Source: an uncultured Gammaproteobacteria bacterium (GTDB lineage: Bacteria; Patescibacteriota; Patescibacteriia; Magasanikbacterales; UBA922). From it: 64,000 bases of DNA. The translations under genes and the position numbers were made by a program. The DNA lies in assembly GCA_965231005.1 (NCBI GenBank), contig OZ246405.1, positions 610,709-674,708 of the forward strand, read 5' to 3'. A model generated the notes under the pieces. It worked only from the letters and a program-made list of their open reading frames with translations. It made no database searches and had not been told where the DNA came from. Below are positions 31,366 through 40,920 of this stretch, one piece after another; position 1 is the stretch's first letter, and each line of letters begins with the position of its first letter.

Positions 31366-32583
31366 ATGAAAATAATTCAAGCACATAAATTTTATTGGCA
31401 GCGAGATGGTGCTTCAAATTATGCTTTGTATCTTAGTGCATTGCTAAAAGGTGAAAATCATACGGTTATTCCTTTTGCAACAAAACAATCAGAGAGTCTT
31501 GATACACCATACAAAAAGTATTTTCCAACATATTATGATTTGTCTTCACCAAAAAAACTTTCTTTTTTAAAAAAAGTCAAAGCAGTAACAAATATATTTT
31601 ATTCTTTTGAAGCAAAAAGGAAGTTTGCAGCATTGTTAAAAAAAGAAAAAGATGTTGATGTATTGCACATTCATAATATTTATCATCATATTTCACCTTC
31701 AATACTTGCTGTTGCAAAACAGCATGGGTTAAAGATTGTCATGACGCTACATGACTATAAATTACTCAGCCCAAATTACTCTTTATTTCACCATGGTCGT
31801 ATTCACGAAGATGATGCAAACGGGTTGTATCTTTCTTGTATAAAAAATAAATGCGTAAAAAATAGTCGAGTGCAAAGTGTTGTGTCAACCGCAGAAATGA
31901 TATTGCATCACAAGATAATGAAATACTATAAGCGATATGTTGATGTATTTATTGCACCAAGTCAGTTCATGATAGACATGTGTGTTCGTCATGGCTGGGA
32001 CAGAAAAAAATTTATTCATATTCGTCACCCGATTAATACAAAAACGTATAAACCATCAAAAGATAACGGGGAATATGTCACATATATTGGAAGATTGTCA
32101 GAAGAAAAAGGTCTGGACGTGCTCTTGTCAGCAGCAAAAAATACACCAAATATCCAATACAGAATTGTTGGAACAGGACCATTGGAACTAATGTTAAAAG
32201 CAAAAATTAAAAAACAAGGGTTGTCACATGTTCAAATGATGGGATTTAAAACAGGAGCTTCATTGAAAAAAATAATTGAGCAGTCAAGCATGCTTGTTTT
32301 GCCTTCTGTGTGGTATGAAAATTATCCATTGAGTATATTAGAAGCAAAAGCATCAGGAAAAATAGTCATTGGAAGTAATATTGGTGGAATCCCTGAAATG
32401 CTTCCAAAAAGTATGCTTGCAAAATCAGGAGATCCAGGCGATCTTGCAAAGAAAATTATCTCTTGGAATAATAAAGCAACATTTGAAAAACAGAAGTGGG
32501 GGAGAGTGCTTCGGTCTCAGGTAGAAGAGGTTAATGATCCAAAGAAGCACATGAAGGAAATGTTATCAGTATACAGTCGTTGA
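31366..32583 (+). CDS. glycosyltransferase family 4
   Basis: N-terminus MKIIQAHKFYWQRDGASNY. C-terminal motif PSVWYENYPLSILEAKASGKIVIGSNIGGIPEM. Confidence 0.85.
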   Translation: MKIIQAHKFYWQRDGASNYALYLSALLKGENHTVIPFATKQSESLDTPYKKYFPTYYDLSSPKKLSFLKKVKAVTNIFYSFEAKRKFAALLKKEKDVDVLHIHNIYHHISPSILAVAKQHGLKIVMTLHDYKLLSPNYSLFHHGRIHEDDANGLYLSCIKNKCVKNSRVQSVVSTAEMILHHKIMKYYKRYVDVFIAPSQFMIDMCVRHGWDRKKFIHIRHPINTKTYKPSKDNGEYVTYIGRLSEEKGLDVLLSAAKNTPNIQYRIVGTGPLELMLKAKIKKQGLSHVQMMGFKTGASLKKIIEQSSMLVLPSVWYENYPLSILEAKASGKIVIGSNIGGIPEMLPKSMLAKSGDPGDLAKKIISWNNKATFEKQKWGRVLRSQVEEVNDPKKHMKEMLSVYSR

Positions 32584-32593
32584 TGTTTGCAGT

Positions 32594-34624
32594 ATGAAAT
32601 ACATGAAATTGATTAAAAATAATTATGTAGTGTATCTCTTGGTAACTCTTGTGACGTTCTTTGTATTAGGTATTGGTTTGAATGAGGTACGTGCATCCAA
32701 TACTGCACATCCTAAAAGAGCAAATTATTATTTGAGTTGGACATTAACAGAAACACAAGCAAGAGAGCTTGCGCGGTGGGATATGGTAATACTAGACATG
32801 GAAATTCAAGAACGCCATCCTGATTTGCTTGTAAAAATGAGACAGTGGAATCCCAATATAAAAATGTTGGTATATATCACTCCACAGGAAATCCGTCAGG
32901 ATGCACATAACTCATTTAGTATCATGAGAAAAAAATTAGCAGGCAATATTCACAGTGATTGGTACCTTACTAATATATTTAATACAAGATTGAGTTGGTG
33001 GCCAGAAACGTATTTGCTTAATGTTACAAATAAAAGTCCTCTCCGAAATGGAGGAAAACACTGGAATGATCGTCTTGTAGATTTTGTTGTAGATGATTTA
33101 CTTGCAACAGGTTATTGGGATGGTGTTTTTTATGACAATGCATGGGATAATATTACGTATTTTGTTGGGAATAACAATATTGACTTAGACAAAGATGGTG
33201 CAATTGATGCTGATGCTGACAATGAATGGAGAAAAGGAATGAAATATATTTATTCTCAGACACGGGAGAAAGCAGGGAAAGATATCATTATTATTGGGAA
33301 CGGGACAAGTCGTGAGTATCTCAAGGAATTGGATGGTCAAATGTTTGAAAATTTTCATCAATTTCCTTGGAACGATATCATGAATTGGTATGACAAGTTT
33401 TCTGATACTGAGCATCAATATAGCATTATCAATGCAAATACAGGAAATGTTGGTGACAATACATCATACAAAGATGTGCGGTTTTCTTTTGCAAGCACAT
33501 TGCTCGAAGATGGATATTATTCTTATGATTTTGGAGATAAAAGTCATGGACAACTCTGGTGGTACGATGAATATGACATGAACTTAGGACAGGCACAGGG
33601 TCCAGCTACCTCAAATTCTGGAAAACATACATATAGTCAAGATGTATGGAGAAGAAATTTCGAAAATGGGGCAGTACTTGTAAACAGTACAGCACAAAAC
33701 CAGACAGTAGATCTTGGTGCTGAGTTTGAAAAAATTCATGGGACACAAGATACAACTGTAAATGACGGTTCTATTATTTCAGAAGTCAGTGTTGCACCAT
33801 CAGATGGGATTGTTTTGTTAAAAGTTCTTTCTTCATTACAAGACGTTGTATTTCGCAATGGTGACTTTGTGCGTTTTCTTTTGCCAGATGGTTCTCGAAT
33901 AAAAAATGGTTTTTTTCTTTCTGATGCATTGTACAAAGGAGGAGATTATGTTTCAAAAATTGATCTCAATGGAGATAACCAGCGGGATGTTGTAGTGAGC
34001 TCTGGTGCTCGGCTCCGTTCATGGAGAAGTGATGGACAGCCATTCATGAACGTGTATCCATATACAGCAAACTACAGAGGCGAATTATACATAACCATTG
34101 GAGATGTAACCAATGATAATAAAAGTGAAATTATTGTGTCCCCAAGTTATGGATACAGAAATCCAATCAAAATATATAGCCATGATGGAGTACAAATACG
34201 GCCTGACTGGTATCCATTTGGAAGAGATTATAATGGTGGTTATAGTATTTCTGTCTCAGATATTCATGGAGATGGGAAGGCAAAAATCACTATAGGTGCT
34301 GGGCAGGGAAGTGAACCACTTGTTGCTATTTTTGGCAGTAACTTAGCATTTGAGCATGCATGGCATCCGTACGAAAAGAAGTTTTTAGGAGGAGCACGAC
34401 TTGCAACGGGTGATGTAACTGGAGATGGAAAAAAAGAAATTATTGTTGGTCCAGGACCAGGGAAGAAACCAATTATCAAAGTATTTGATCCATTTGGTTC
34501 TCTGCTATTTAAGCAATTTACTGCATTTACTTCTTTTCAAGACAATGGTGTACAGCTTCAGTCTGTTGATGTAAATTTTGATGGGAAAGATGATATTCTT
34601 GTATTCACAAATGATGTTCTCTAA
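32594..34624 (+). CDS. secreted glycoside-hydrolase-like domain protein with C-terminal FG-GAP/VCBS-type repeats
   Basis: N-terminal signal anchor. Five repeats of the D-x-(N/D)-G-D-x-x-x-(D/E)-I-x-V type occur (DLNGDNQRDVVV, GDVTNDNKSEIIV, SDIHGDGKAKITI, GDVTGDGKKEIIV, VDVNFDGKDDILV). The assignment of the N-terminal domain is tentative. Confidence 0.55.
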   Translation: MKYMKLIKNNYVVYLLVTLVTFFVLGIGLNEVRASNTAHPKRANYYLSWTLTETQARELARWDMVILDMEIQERHPDLLVKMRQWNPNIKMLVYITPQEIRQDAHNSFSIMRKKLAGNIHSDWYLTNIFNTRLSWWPETYLLNVTNKSPLRNGGKHWNDRLVDFVVDDLLATGYWDGVFYDNAWDNITYFVGNNNIDLDKDGAIDADADNEWRKGMKYIYSQTREKAGKDIIIIGNGTSREYLKELDGQMFENFHQFPWNDIMNWYDKFSDTEHQYSIINANTGNVGDNTSYKDVRFSFASTLLEDGYYSYDFGDKSHGQLWWYDEYDMNLGQAQGPATSNSGKHTYSQDVWRRNFENGAVLVNSTAQNQTVDLGAEFEKIHGTQDTTVNDGSIISEVSVAPSDGIVLLKVLSSLQDVVFRNGDFVRFLLPDGSRIKNGFFLSDALYKGGDYVSKIDLNGDNQRDVVVSSGARLRSWRSDGQPFMNVYPYTANYRGELYITIGDVTNDNKSEIIVSPSYGYRNPIKIYSHDGVQIRPDWYPFGRDYNGGYSISVSDIHGDGKAKITIGAGQGSEPLVAIFGSNLAFEHAWHPYEKKFLGGARLATGDVTGDGKKEIIVGPGPGKKPIIKVFDPFGSLLFKQFTAFTSFQDNGVQLQSVDVNFDGKDDILVFTNDVL

Positions 34625-34944
34625 TTTAATATTTATTATCTAATATTTATTATTTAATAGTTACGGTATAGATAGATTATAGTAATGTAGACAAAATCAA
34701 GCTATACCAAAAATTGATGAGTAAAAAAATTAAGACCGAAGTAAAATCATCAACCAAGCCATACTGTCATTGCGAGCCTGCCTGCCGGCAGGAAGCGAAT
34801 GAAGAGAGCGACGAAGCAATCTTTAGTGGTGATAAGATCGCAAGATTGCCGCGGTCGCCCGGACGGGCTCCCTTGCAACGACAGTAAAGGTTAGAAAATG
34901 CAATGCTAAAATTCTATATAATAGATATTAAATATTAGATAATA
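34625..34944. repeat. composite palindromic intergenic element (AT-rich inverted flanks around a 123-nt G+C-richer nested hairpin)
   Basis: The flanks TAATATTTATTATCTAATATTTATTATTTAATAG and CTATATAATAGATATTAAATATTAGATAATATA are inverted. In the core 34763-34885, ACTGTCATTGCGAG pairs with CTTGCAACGACAGT and GCGACGAAGCAATCT pairs with AGATTGCCGCGGTCGC. The core contains CCTGCCTGCCGGCAGG. Confidence 0.6.
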
Positions 34945-34971
34945 TAAAAACTGACCCGTAGGTCAGTTTTT
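34945..34971. terminator. bidirectional rho-independent terminator
   Basis: AAAAACTGACC-CGTA-GGTCAGTTTTT, located between convergent genes. Confidence 0.8.
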
Positions 34972-36142
34972 ATTTCGTTGCTGGAAGAATACGTCTTTCG
35001 TGCAGAGGAGTGGCAATCGGTTCTTCATAAATTGCAATAATATCTTTTACAATTTTTTTCCAGTGATAATATGTTTTGATTGTTTCTTTGTATGCAGAAG
35101 CTTGCGCAGTAAGAGTCTTTTTATCATTTGCTAACATTCGTTTTATTGTGTTTGCAAGTGAACGCGCATTTCCATGTGCAAAAAGATAATCAGGGTTGTG
35201 AATGAGTTCTCTGTGTTCTGGAATGTCAGAAAGAACCAGAGGAACTCCATAACTCATAGCTTCCAGTACATTGATTGGAAGCCCTTCTTGATCAGAAGGA
35301 TGAACCATAAATGATGCATGAGAAAAAAATTCTTGTAGTGCATCACCGGTTTGAAATCCAGTAAATACAATTTTCTGATTTTCTTCGGCCATGTCTTTTA
35401 ACTTGTGGACATATTCTTCTGTGTAGTATCCATCTCCAACAATAACAAGTTTTTTCTTTCCAAGAGTTTTTGGATATTTCTTTTGAAGATGTGTGAATGC
35501 TGCAATAAGATAATGCGCACCTTTGTGAGGGATAAGACGTGAAACCATTAAAATATATTCGTTTGGTTTTAATCCCCAGTTTTGAATGTGTTTTGTTTTT
35601 TTTGTCTTCTTTAATTCATTTACACCATTTGGAATGTAATCAGCATCTCTGTCGTATACATCACGAGCATACTGTGCAATGGTGTGTGACACAGCAATCG
35701 TGTTGTGTGCAAATGTACATGCTGCTTTTTCTCCAACTTTAAGAACAGCTCTTGCGAGAATATTCCATTTTTGATGTTTTCTATCAATAGAATGGAATGT
35801 TGAAACTACTTTAATGTGTGGTGTAAACAATCGTGGCATCCATGAAAGGAGTGATGGTCCAACACCGTGATAGTGGATCACATCATATCCTGTGTACATG
35901 GCATGAATTGTTGCCAAAAAAGTGTGCGTAATAGTATCAAGATGCTTTGTGTGAACAGAAGGAAGAATCTTTGATTTCACACCCTGAACAACCATGTTAT
36001 GTGCATCTGTATACCAAGAACGACCATACACAGTAACATTGTGGTCTTGTTTTGCCAGTCTCACACTAAGGTCATGAACATGACGTTCAACACCACCAAA
36101 GCGTGCTGGGATTCCTTTTTGTCCGATCATTGCAATATTCAT
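34970..36142 (-). CDS. glycosyltransferase family 4 (DUF1972-like N-terminus)
   Basis: N-terminus MNIAMIGQKGIPARFGGVERHVHDLSVRLAKQDHNVTVYG. C-terminal motif HPSDQEGLPINVLEAMSYGVPLVLSDIPEHRE. Confidence 0.85.
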   Translation of the reverse strand: MNIAMIGQKGIPARFGGVERHVHDLSVRLAKQDHNVTVYGRSWYTDAHNMVVQGVKSKILPSVHTKHLDTITHTFLATIHAMYTGYDVIHYHGVGPSLLSWMPRLFTPHIKVVSTFHSIDRKHQKWNILARAVLKVGEKAACTFAHNTIAVSHTIAQYARDVYDRDADYIPNGVNELKKTKKTKHIQNWGLKPNEYILMVSRLIPHKGAHYLIAAFTHLQKKYPKTLGKKKLVIVGDGYYTEEYVHKLKDMAEENQKIVFTGFQTGDALQEFFSHASFMVHPSDQEGLPINVLEAMSYGVPLVLSDIPEHRELIHNPDYLFAHGNARSLANTIKRMLANDKKTLTAQASAYKETIKTYYHWKKIVKDIIAIYEEPIATPLHERRILPATK

Positions 36143-36302
36143 GGTTTTTTACCTAAAATAAGCTAAATTAGTGTACTCATAATAACATATAATTGTACCA
36201 CATTTAAGCGTTTTTGTCAAGTCCTCGGGCTGGTCTTTGAGATATAAAAAAATGGCTTAAATAAGCTATTTTTTAAAGACTGGAAATTTACATTTTTTTG
36301 TC

Positions 36303-36551
36303 TTATCTATACCTGATCATCAAATATAATATTGAAAGGGCAAGGAGGAGACCAATGCTATTCATAAGGGCAACTGGACCATTGTCAATAATAATGGCAT
36401 AGATAATCCATAGTACAAGCCCCACACAGTATATGATGTATCTCCATAATGATAAGTCTCGGACAAGCTTAGTTTTCCAAGTTTTAATTGTTTGTGGCAG
36501 TAGCGATATAACTACTAGGATGCCTGCTATGTAACCTAAAATGTCTATCAT
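36303..36551 (-). CDS. SemiSWEET / PQ-loop sugar transporter
   Basis: 82 aa with three TM helices and the PQ motif (LLPQTIKTWKTK). Start at ATG 36551 avoids overlap with the upstream methyltransferase. Confidence 0.75.
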   Translation of the reverse strand: MIDILGYIAGILVVISLLPQTIKTWKTKLVRDLSLWRYIIYCVGLVLWIIYAIIIDNGPVALMNSIGLLLALSILYLMIRYR

Positions 36552-36570
36552 AAAAGAGTATGAAAATGTT

Positions 36571-37197
36571 TTACTTTTTAGCAAACAGCTTAATCCATCC
36601 ATATTTCGCTTCTGGCCATTCACTATCTTGAGTATAGGATTCAATAAGAGAAAAACCTGTATCTGCTACAGCTTTTTCAATATACTTTTTTTCAAAAAAA
36701 GACCAAAATTTTTTAACATCACCATATCTTTTGTCTGGTGCAATATGTTCTCCTTGCCCTTCTTTTCCTTCTTTCACAGAAGCATAAAAAATGCCATTCT
36801 TTTTTAATACTCTATGTGCCTCTTTTAGTGCGTTGGGTAAATCAGTTTTTGGAATATGCAAATAGCTTGCACTTGCCCAAATACCATCAAAATAATTATT
36901 TGGGAAATCAAGTTCTTTTAGATCCATGATTTTAAATTTTGCTTTGGGCACTCTTTTTGCAGCAGTCTCTATCATCTTTTCTGACAAGTCCACACCTATA
37001 ACATGAAAGCCTAATGCTGCAAAAATCTTTGCATCACGCCCTGGACCACATCCAAGATCTAAGATTAAAGCATTTGGTTTTAAAAATGAAAGGAATTTTT
37101 TTGCTTCTTTTGCAGGATGAAGGCTGTCAGTTTTTTGAATAAACGCATCAACGGTTTTATTGTAACTTTCAATAGTTATCTCTTGATTATTTTTCAT
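36571..37197 (-). CDS. class I SAM-dependent methyltransferase
   Basis: Motif I ILDLGCGPGRDAKIFAALGFHVIGVDLSEKMI, followed by FDGIWASASYLHI. Confidence 0.85.
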   Translation of the reverse strand: MKNNQEITIESYNKTVDAFIQKTDSLHPAKEAKKFLSFLKPNALILDLGCGPGRDAKIFAALGFHVIGVDLSEKMIETAAKRVPKAKFKIMDLKELDFPNNYFDGIWASASYLHIPKTDLPNALKEAHRVLKKNGIFYASVKEGKEGQGEHIAPDKRYGDVKKFWSFFEKKYIEKAVADTGFSLIESYTQDSEWPEAKYGWIKLFAKK

Positions 37198-37205
37198 AGA
37201 TTGAT

Positions 37206-39056
37206 CTATTTCACTTTTGTTCCTTTTTGTTGTGCCTTTTTGTCATCTTTCAAAGAAATATCAAGAGCAGTATGTTTGGATAATAAATCTTTCTGAATAT
37301 GACTGTCTTTTCCAGTGATTCGTATGTTTTCTAGAAGTGTTGGCATGCTGTTTCGTTGTGAGTCTGTTGGAGTAAGTCCAAGTTCAAAATATATACCTGG
37401 TTTTGTATGCGCTTTTAACGATGGAATTGACCAAGAAATTGTTCTTGTTTTTTCATTAAATACTGGTTTTGACCCATGACTGACACTACTTTTCCCAGTC
37501 CATTCTACATAAGAAGGAAGTGTTGCAGAAAGTTGAAATCGTTCTACATCACTTGTTGTATTTTGAATAGAAATCAATGCCCAGTATTTTGTTTGTTTTC
37601 CAACCTGTGGTGGAAGTGGACCTCTTCCTAGTTGATCACCATCAACAGTATAATATCGTGATTCGGCATTCAAAGAAAGATTTGTTCCAAGTGCAATTGA
37701 AGGTGAGTTTATTTCTCTTGAATAAATTCCCTGAGTAATATTTGGAATGGATCCAGAAAGGGTTCCATCAAGTTCCAAAAAGATATCTGAACCTTTGTGA
37801 ATCAATTTATTTGTCGGTATTGATAGAGTCAATTCAGTTGACGCACCTGGTTCAAGACTGGCAAGATTGGCAGCATGTTTTTTTGAAACAGTAAATGATC
37901 CGTTGCTGTATTCTCCCTGATTGTTTGCAATAAGTGCTTGGCTATGTACAGTGTTTGGAATATCTATTGAAACCGATAGATCAGACAAGGCGGTTGATCC
38001 ATTATTCTTAATAAATACAATAAGTGGTTGAGCGCTTCCAGGATGAATGCCTTCAGTTCCATTTTGCCAATTCATGTGTGATTCAATATTAGGGTGAACA
38101 ACAGTAAATTGCTTGGTTATAGTTTTTTGGTCATACCAATTATTGTTCACTTTTATACGAGGTGTAATATGTAGAAATGCATGTTCTTTTTTATCTCGTA
38201 TATTGATTGTGAGGGTTCCATGAAGATTTGCTTTCACTTTAGATTGTATGCTGGATATATCTATCGTCCATACATTATTTATAATTGTTCCCAAAGATGG
38301 TTGTTTTCCAGTGAAAAGGAATTCATTATTTTGAGGCAAAGGAATAGCAATTTGCTTTATGTGCTGTGTATTGTCCATCATTATTTCAATATAAATAGGT
38401 ACTTCACTTTGTCCAAGAATATGTTTTGGAACATCTGCAGAAGCTTCAAGAAGCGATCCACGAAGTGTTGTGATAATAGATACTTTTTTGCTTTCCTGCA
38501 CTGGACGATCATGCTGATAATATGAGAGCTCAGCTTGAACACGATCTTCTATTTCAGGGATCCCATAAAATGTACCAGAAATTTCAACATTACCAGTCGC
38601 ACCTGGTGGAAGATTTCCCAAATCAAATGTACGAGTTTGAGGATTAAATATCTTTGTTGGTTTTGTATCTTGTAGGACAAATCCTTGTGGAAGGTGAAAA
38701 CTTAGATTCACACCTTTTATCTCTTCATGGTTTGTATTTCCATATGAGACAATGTAGGTTATATTTTCTCCTGATGCAATGCGCTGTTCTGATGCATCAA
38801 TAGAAAGAGTAATCTTATCTACAATTGATGGGTCATAAAGAAACCAAGCTGCTGTGATTGCTGACAATACAAATACTGACAACACAAGAAGAATATCAAA
38901 GAAGAAGAGTTTTTTCGCATGAACAAACGTAAGGTGGTATCTCTTTTTATAACGCATCTCACAAAAGTGAATAGGGGAGGAGAGAAACGCAAAAAACCAC
39001 TTGTGAGGTGCTTTGAAAAAATGATGTTTGTTCAAATAATCTTCAACGATTTTCAT
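37206..39056 (-). CDS. membrane-anchored large beta-rich protein, function unknown (possibly DUF11/CARDB-like repeats)
   Basis: 616 aa. It has an N-terminal TM helix (FFFDILLVLSVFVLSAITAAWFLY) followed by a Thr/Ser/Asn/Gly-rich extracytoplasmic region. Confidence 0.55.
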   Translation of the reverse strand: MKIVEDYLNKHHFFKAPHKWFFAFLSSPIHFCEMRYKKRYHLTFVHAKKLFFFDILLVLSVFVLSAITAAWFLYDPSIVDKITLSIDASEQRIASGENITYIVSYGNTNHEEIKGVNLSFHLPQGFVLQDTKPTKIFNPQTRTFDLGNLPPGATGNVEISGTFYGIPEIEDRVQAELSYYQHDRPVQESKKVSIITTLRGSLLEASADVPKHILGQSEVPIYIEIMMDNTQHIKQIAIPLPQNNEFLFTGKQPSLGTIINNVWTIDISSIQSKVKANLHGTLTINIRDKKEHAFLHITPRIKVNNNWYDQKTITKQFTVVHPNIESHMNWQNGTEGIHPGSAQPLIVFIKNNGSTALSDLSVSIDIPNTVHSQALIANNQGEYSNGSFTVSKKHAANLASLEPGASTELTLSIPTNKLIHKGSDIFLELDGTLSGSIPNITQGIYSREINSPSIALGTNLSLNAESRYYTVDGDQLGRGPLPPQVGKQTKYWALISIQNTTSDVERFQLSATLPSYVEWTGKSSVSHGSKPVFNEKTRTISWSIPSLKAHTKPGIYFELGLTPTDSQRNSMPTLLENIRITGKDSHIQKDLLSKHTALDISLKDDKKAQQKGTKVK

Positions 39057-39081
39057 ATCGTGGTGGTCTGGATTTGATATG

Positions 39082-39444
39082 CTAATTTTTTAAAAGGTCA
39101 GCAGCCCGTAGGAGAAGCTGTGTTGTTGGATTGATTGCTATAGTTTTCTCTAGCTTTCTCATTATTGTTCTATTTTTGCGATGAATGTATGTCCACTCCA
39201 ATACAAGTTTCTCTTGCCCTTTAGATCGAATAAGACTTACCACTTTCTCAACATCCATACTTGGATCAACAATGATTCCTCGAATTCGCATCAGTTTTCT
39301 CATGTTGCCTTCATGCGAGAGGAGTTTGTTAAATTCATCTTCAGATGTAGGCATCTCCTCTTTGGGGATATCTATTGTATAGCCACTTTGATCAAGAAAT
39401 TTGTCTTCATCACTCCGTTGGTCATGTTTTCCGTTTTCCTTCAT
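39082..39444 (-). CDS. hypothetical protein
   Basis: 120-aa ORF of host composition. No recognisable motif. Confidence 0.5.
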   Translation of the reverse strand: MKENGKHDQRSDEDKFLDQSGYTIDIPKEEMPTSEDEFNKLLSHEGNMRKLMRIRGIIVDPSMDVEKVVSLIRSKGQEKLVLEWTYIHRKNRTIMRKLEKTIAINPTTQLLLRAADLLKN

Positions 39445-39565
39445 ATTCTTATATTTATTTAAATAAAATTTGCATTAGACAAATGAAATGCTGCTTAGCT
39501 ATATGGTATCATTTTTTTTAGTGCAGTTCCATACAAAAAAAGGGCCTATGCCCTTTTTAATATCT

Positions 39566-39910
39566 TTATTGATTGTCTGTGTCTTCCTTATCTGGCTTAG
39601 CAATACTTTTCTTGCTTGGGGAATACAGCGTATTATTGATTTTCCACTTTCCAACATATTGGCCAATACCATGGGTATTGGACTTATTCTTTACAGTAGT
39701 TTTTGCTTGAGACCACTTTACAAGGCTTTCAAAGTTTATCTTATATCTTCCAGCAACAACAATATAGGTAATTTCTTGGTTTTTAATCGCTCTTCGGATT
39801 GTTTGTGCATTTACACCAAACAATCGAGCTGCCTCAGAAACAGAAACTCTTACCATTTGTTTTCCTTGTTGTTGGTCATTATTCATATTTGTATACAATT
39901 GTATATACAA
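39566..39910 (-). CDS. helix-turn-helix DNA-binding protein (excisionase/MerR-like HTH_17 type)
   Basis: VSVSEAARLFGVNAQTIRRAIKNQEITYIVVAGRYKINFESLVKW is a typical HTH_17 pattern. The true start may be an internal ATG (MNNDQQ or MVRVS). Confidence 0.65.
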   Translation of the reverse strand: MYIQLYTNMNNDQQQGKQMVRVSVSEAARLFGVNAQTIRRAIKNQEITYIVVAGRYKINFESLVKWSQAKTTVKNKSNTHGIGQYVGKWKINNTLYSPSKKSIAKPDKEDTDNQ

Positions 39911-40362
39911 AATATACCAAATAAGCAGTAATTTGTCAAGGTAGTCATTATTCTCTTTTTTTGTGCCTTTTATCCTGATAAATGAGCATATTTGTATAGA
40001 CTAGTGTACACAAAATTTAGCATTCATATTTATTTATATTAAGGCAAAAACTTATAAAAAAGTATAGACTAGTCTATACAAATTTATCTCATTCTAAGGA
40101 CAGGAAGAGAGCAGCTACTTATTGATTTGAGCCTTTTTGCCTTTTCGCTTTTTTGCGTTTTCAGATATTGACTTTTTTGTAATAATAGTGTTAAATATTG
40201 CACGATTATGGGATATCTTGGTTGTTTTTTGTCTATGATTCTGTTATACTCTTCCCGTATAAAAAGATATCTCTATTGGTTTTAGTGGTATTTTCAGTTT
40301 TTGATCAATATAACTCTAAATTTCGCGGGTGTAACATTTTTGTTATTTGCTCGTCTTCTTAT

Positions 40363-40920
40363 ATGAAGGAAAGACTTACTGAAAAATTTTTGCTCTATCA
40401 AGTTCAGGTCAAGAAGAATCCAGATTCATTTGGACACCTGTATGATAGATATATAGATAAGATATATCGCTTTGTTTATCTCAAGCTCTCCAATAAGCAC
40501 GAGGCAGAAGATGTAACAAGTGAAGTCTTCCTTAAGACATGGAACTATCTTACTGATAATTCAAAAGTCCATGTAAAAAGTTTTAGCGGCCTCATATATA
40601 AGATTGCAAGAAATGCAGTCATTGATATTTATAGAAGTCGTGCAAGAAATAAAGAAACCTCTTTGGAAGCAATGCCTGAACTGCCTCAAGACACAAGTAT
40701 TATAGATTCCATACATATCAATCAAGAAGTTCAAGCCCTTCTTCGTCAGGTAAAGAAAATGAAGAATGAATATCAAGAAGTGGTTGTACTCAGATATGTG
40801 GACAATTTACCAATTTCAGAAATAGCGCAGATTCTTGGAAAAAAGAAAACAAATGTGCGTGTTACCCTTCATCGGGCACTCAAAGTTCTAAAAAAATTGA
40901 CAGGGGAATCTCATGAGTAA
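40363..40920 (+). CDS. RNA polymerase sigma-70 family factor (ECF-like, regions 2 and 4)
   Basis: Start at ATG 40363. Region 2 is FGHLYDRYIDKIYRFVYLKLSNKHEAEDVTSEVFLKTW. Region 4 is EYQEVVVLRYVDNLPISEIAQILGKKKTNVRVTLHRALKVLK. Confidence 0.85.
   Translation: MKERLTEKFLLYQVQVKKNPDSFGHLYDRYIDKIYRFVYLKLSNKHEAEDVTSEVFLKTWNYLTDNSKVHVKSFSGLIYKIARNAVIDIYRSRARNKETSLEAMPELPQDTSIIDSIHINQEVQALLRQVKKMKNEYQEVVVLRYVDNLPISEIAQILGKKKTNVRVTLHRALKVLKKLTGESHE

Noticed and set aside
39488-39931. A 147-aa plus-strand ORF overlapping the HTH gene.
   Set aside because: Its hydrophobic low-complexity translation has no motif. The minus-strand frame encodes a clear HTH_17-type DNA-binding pattern.
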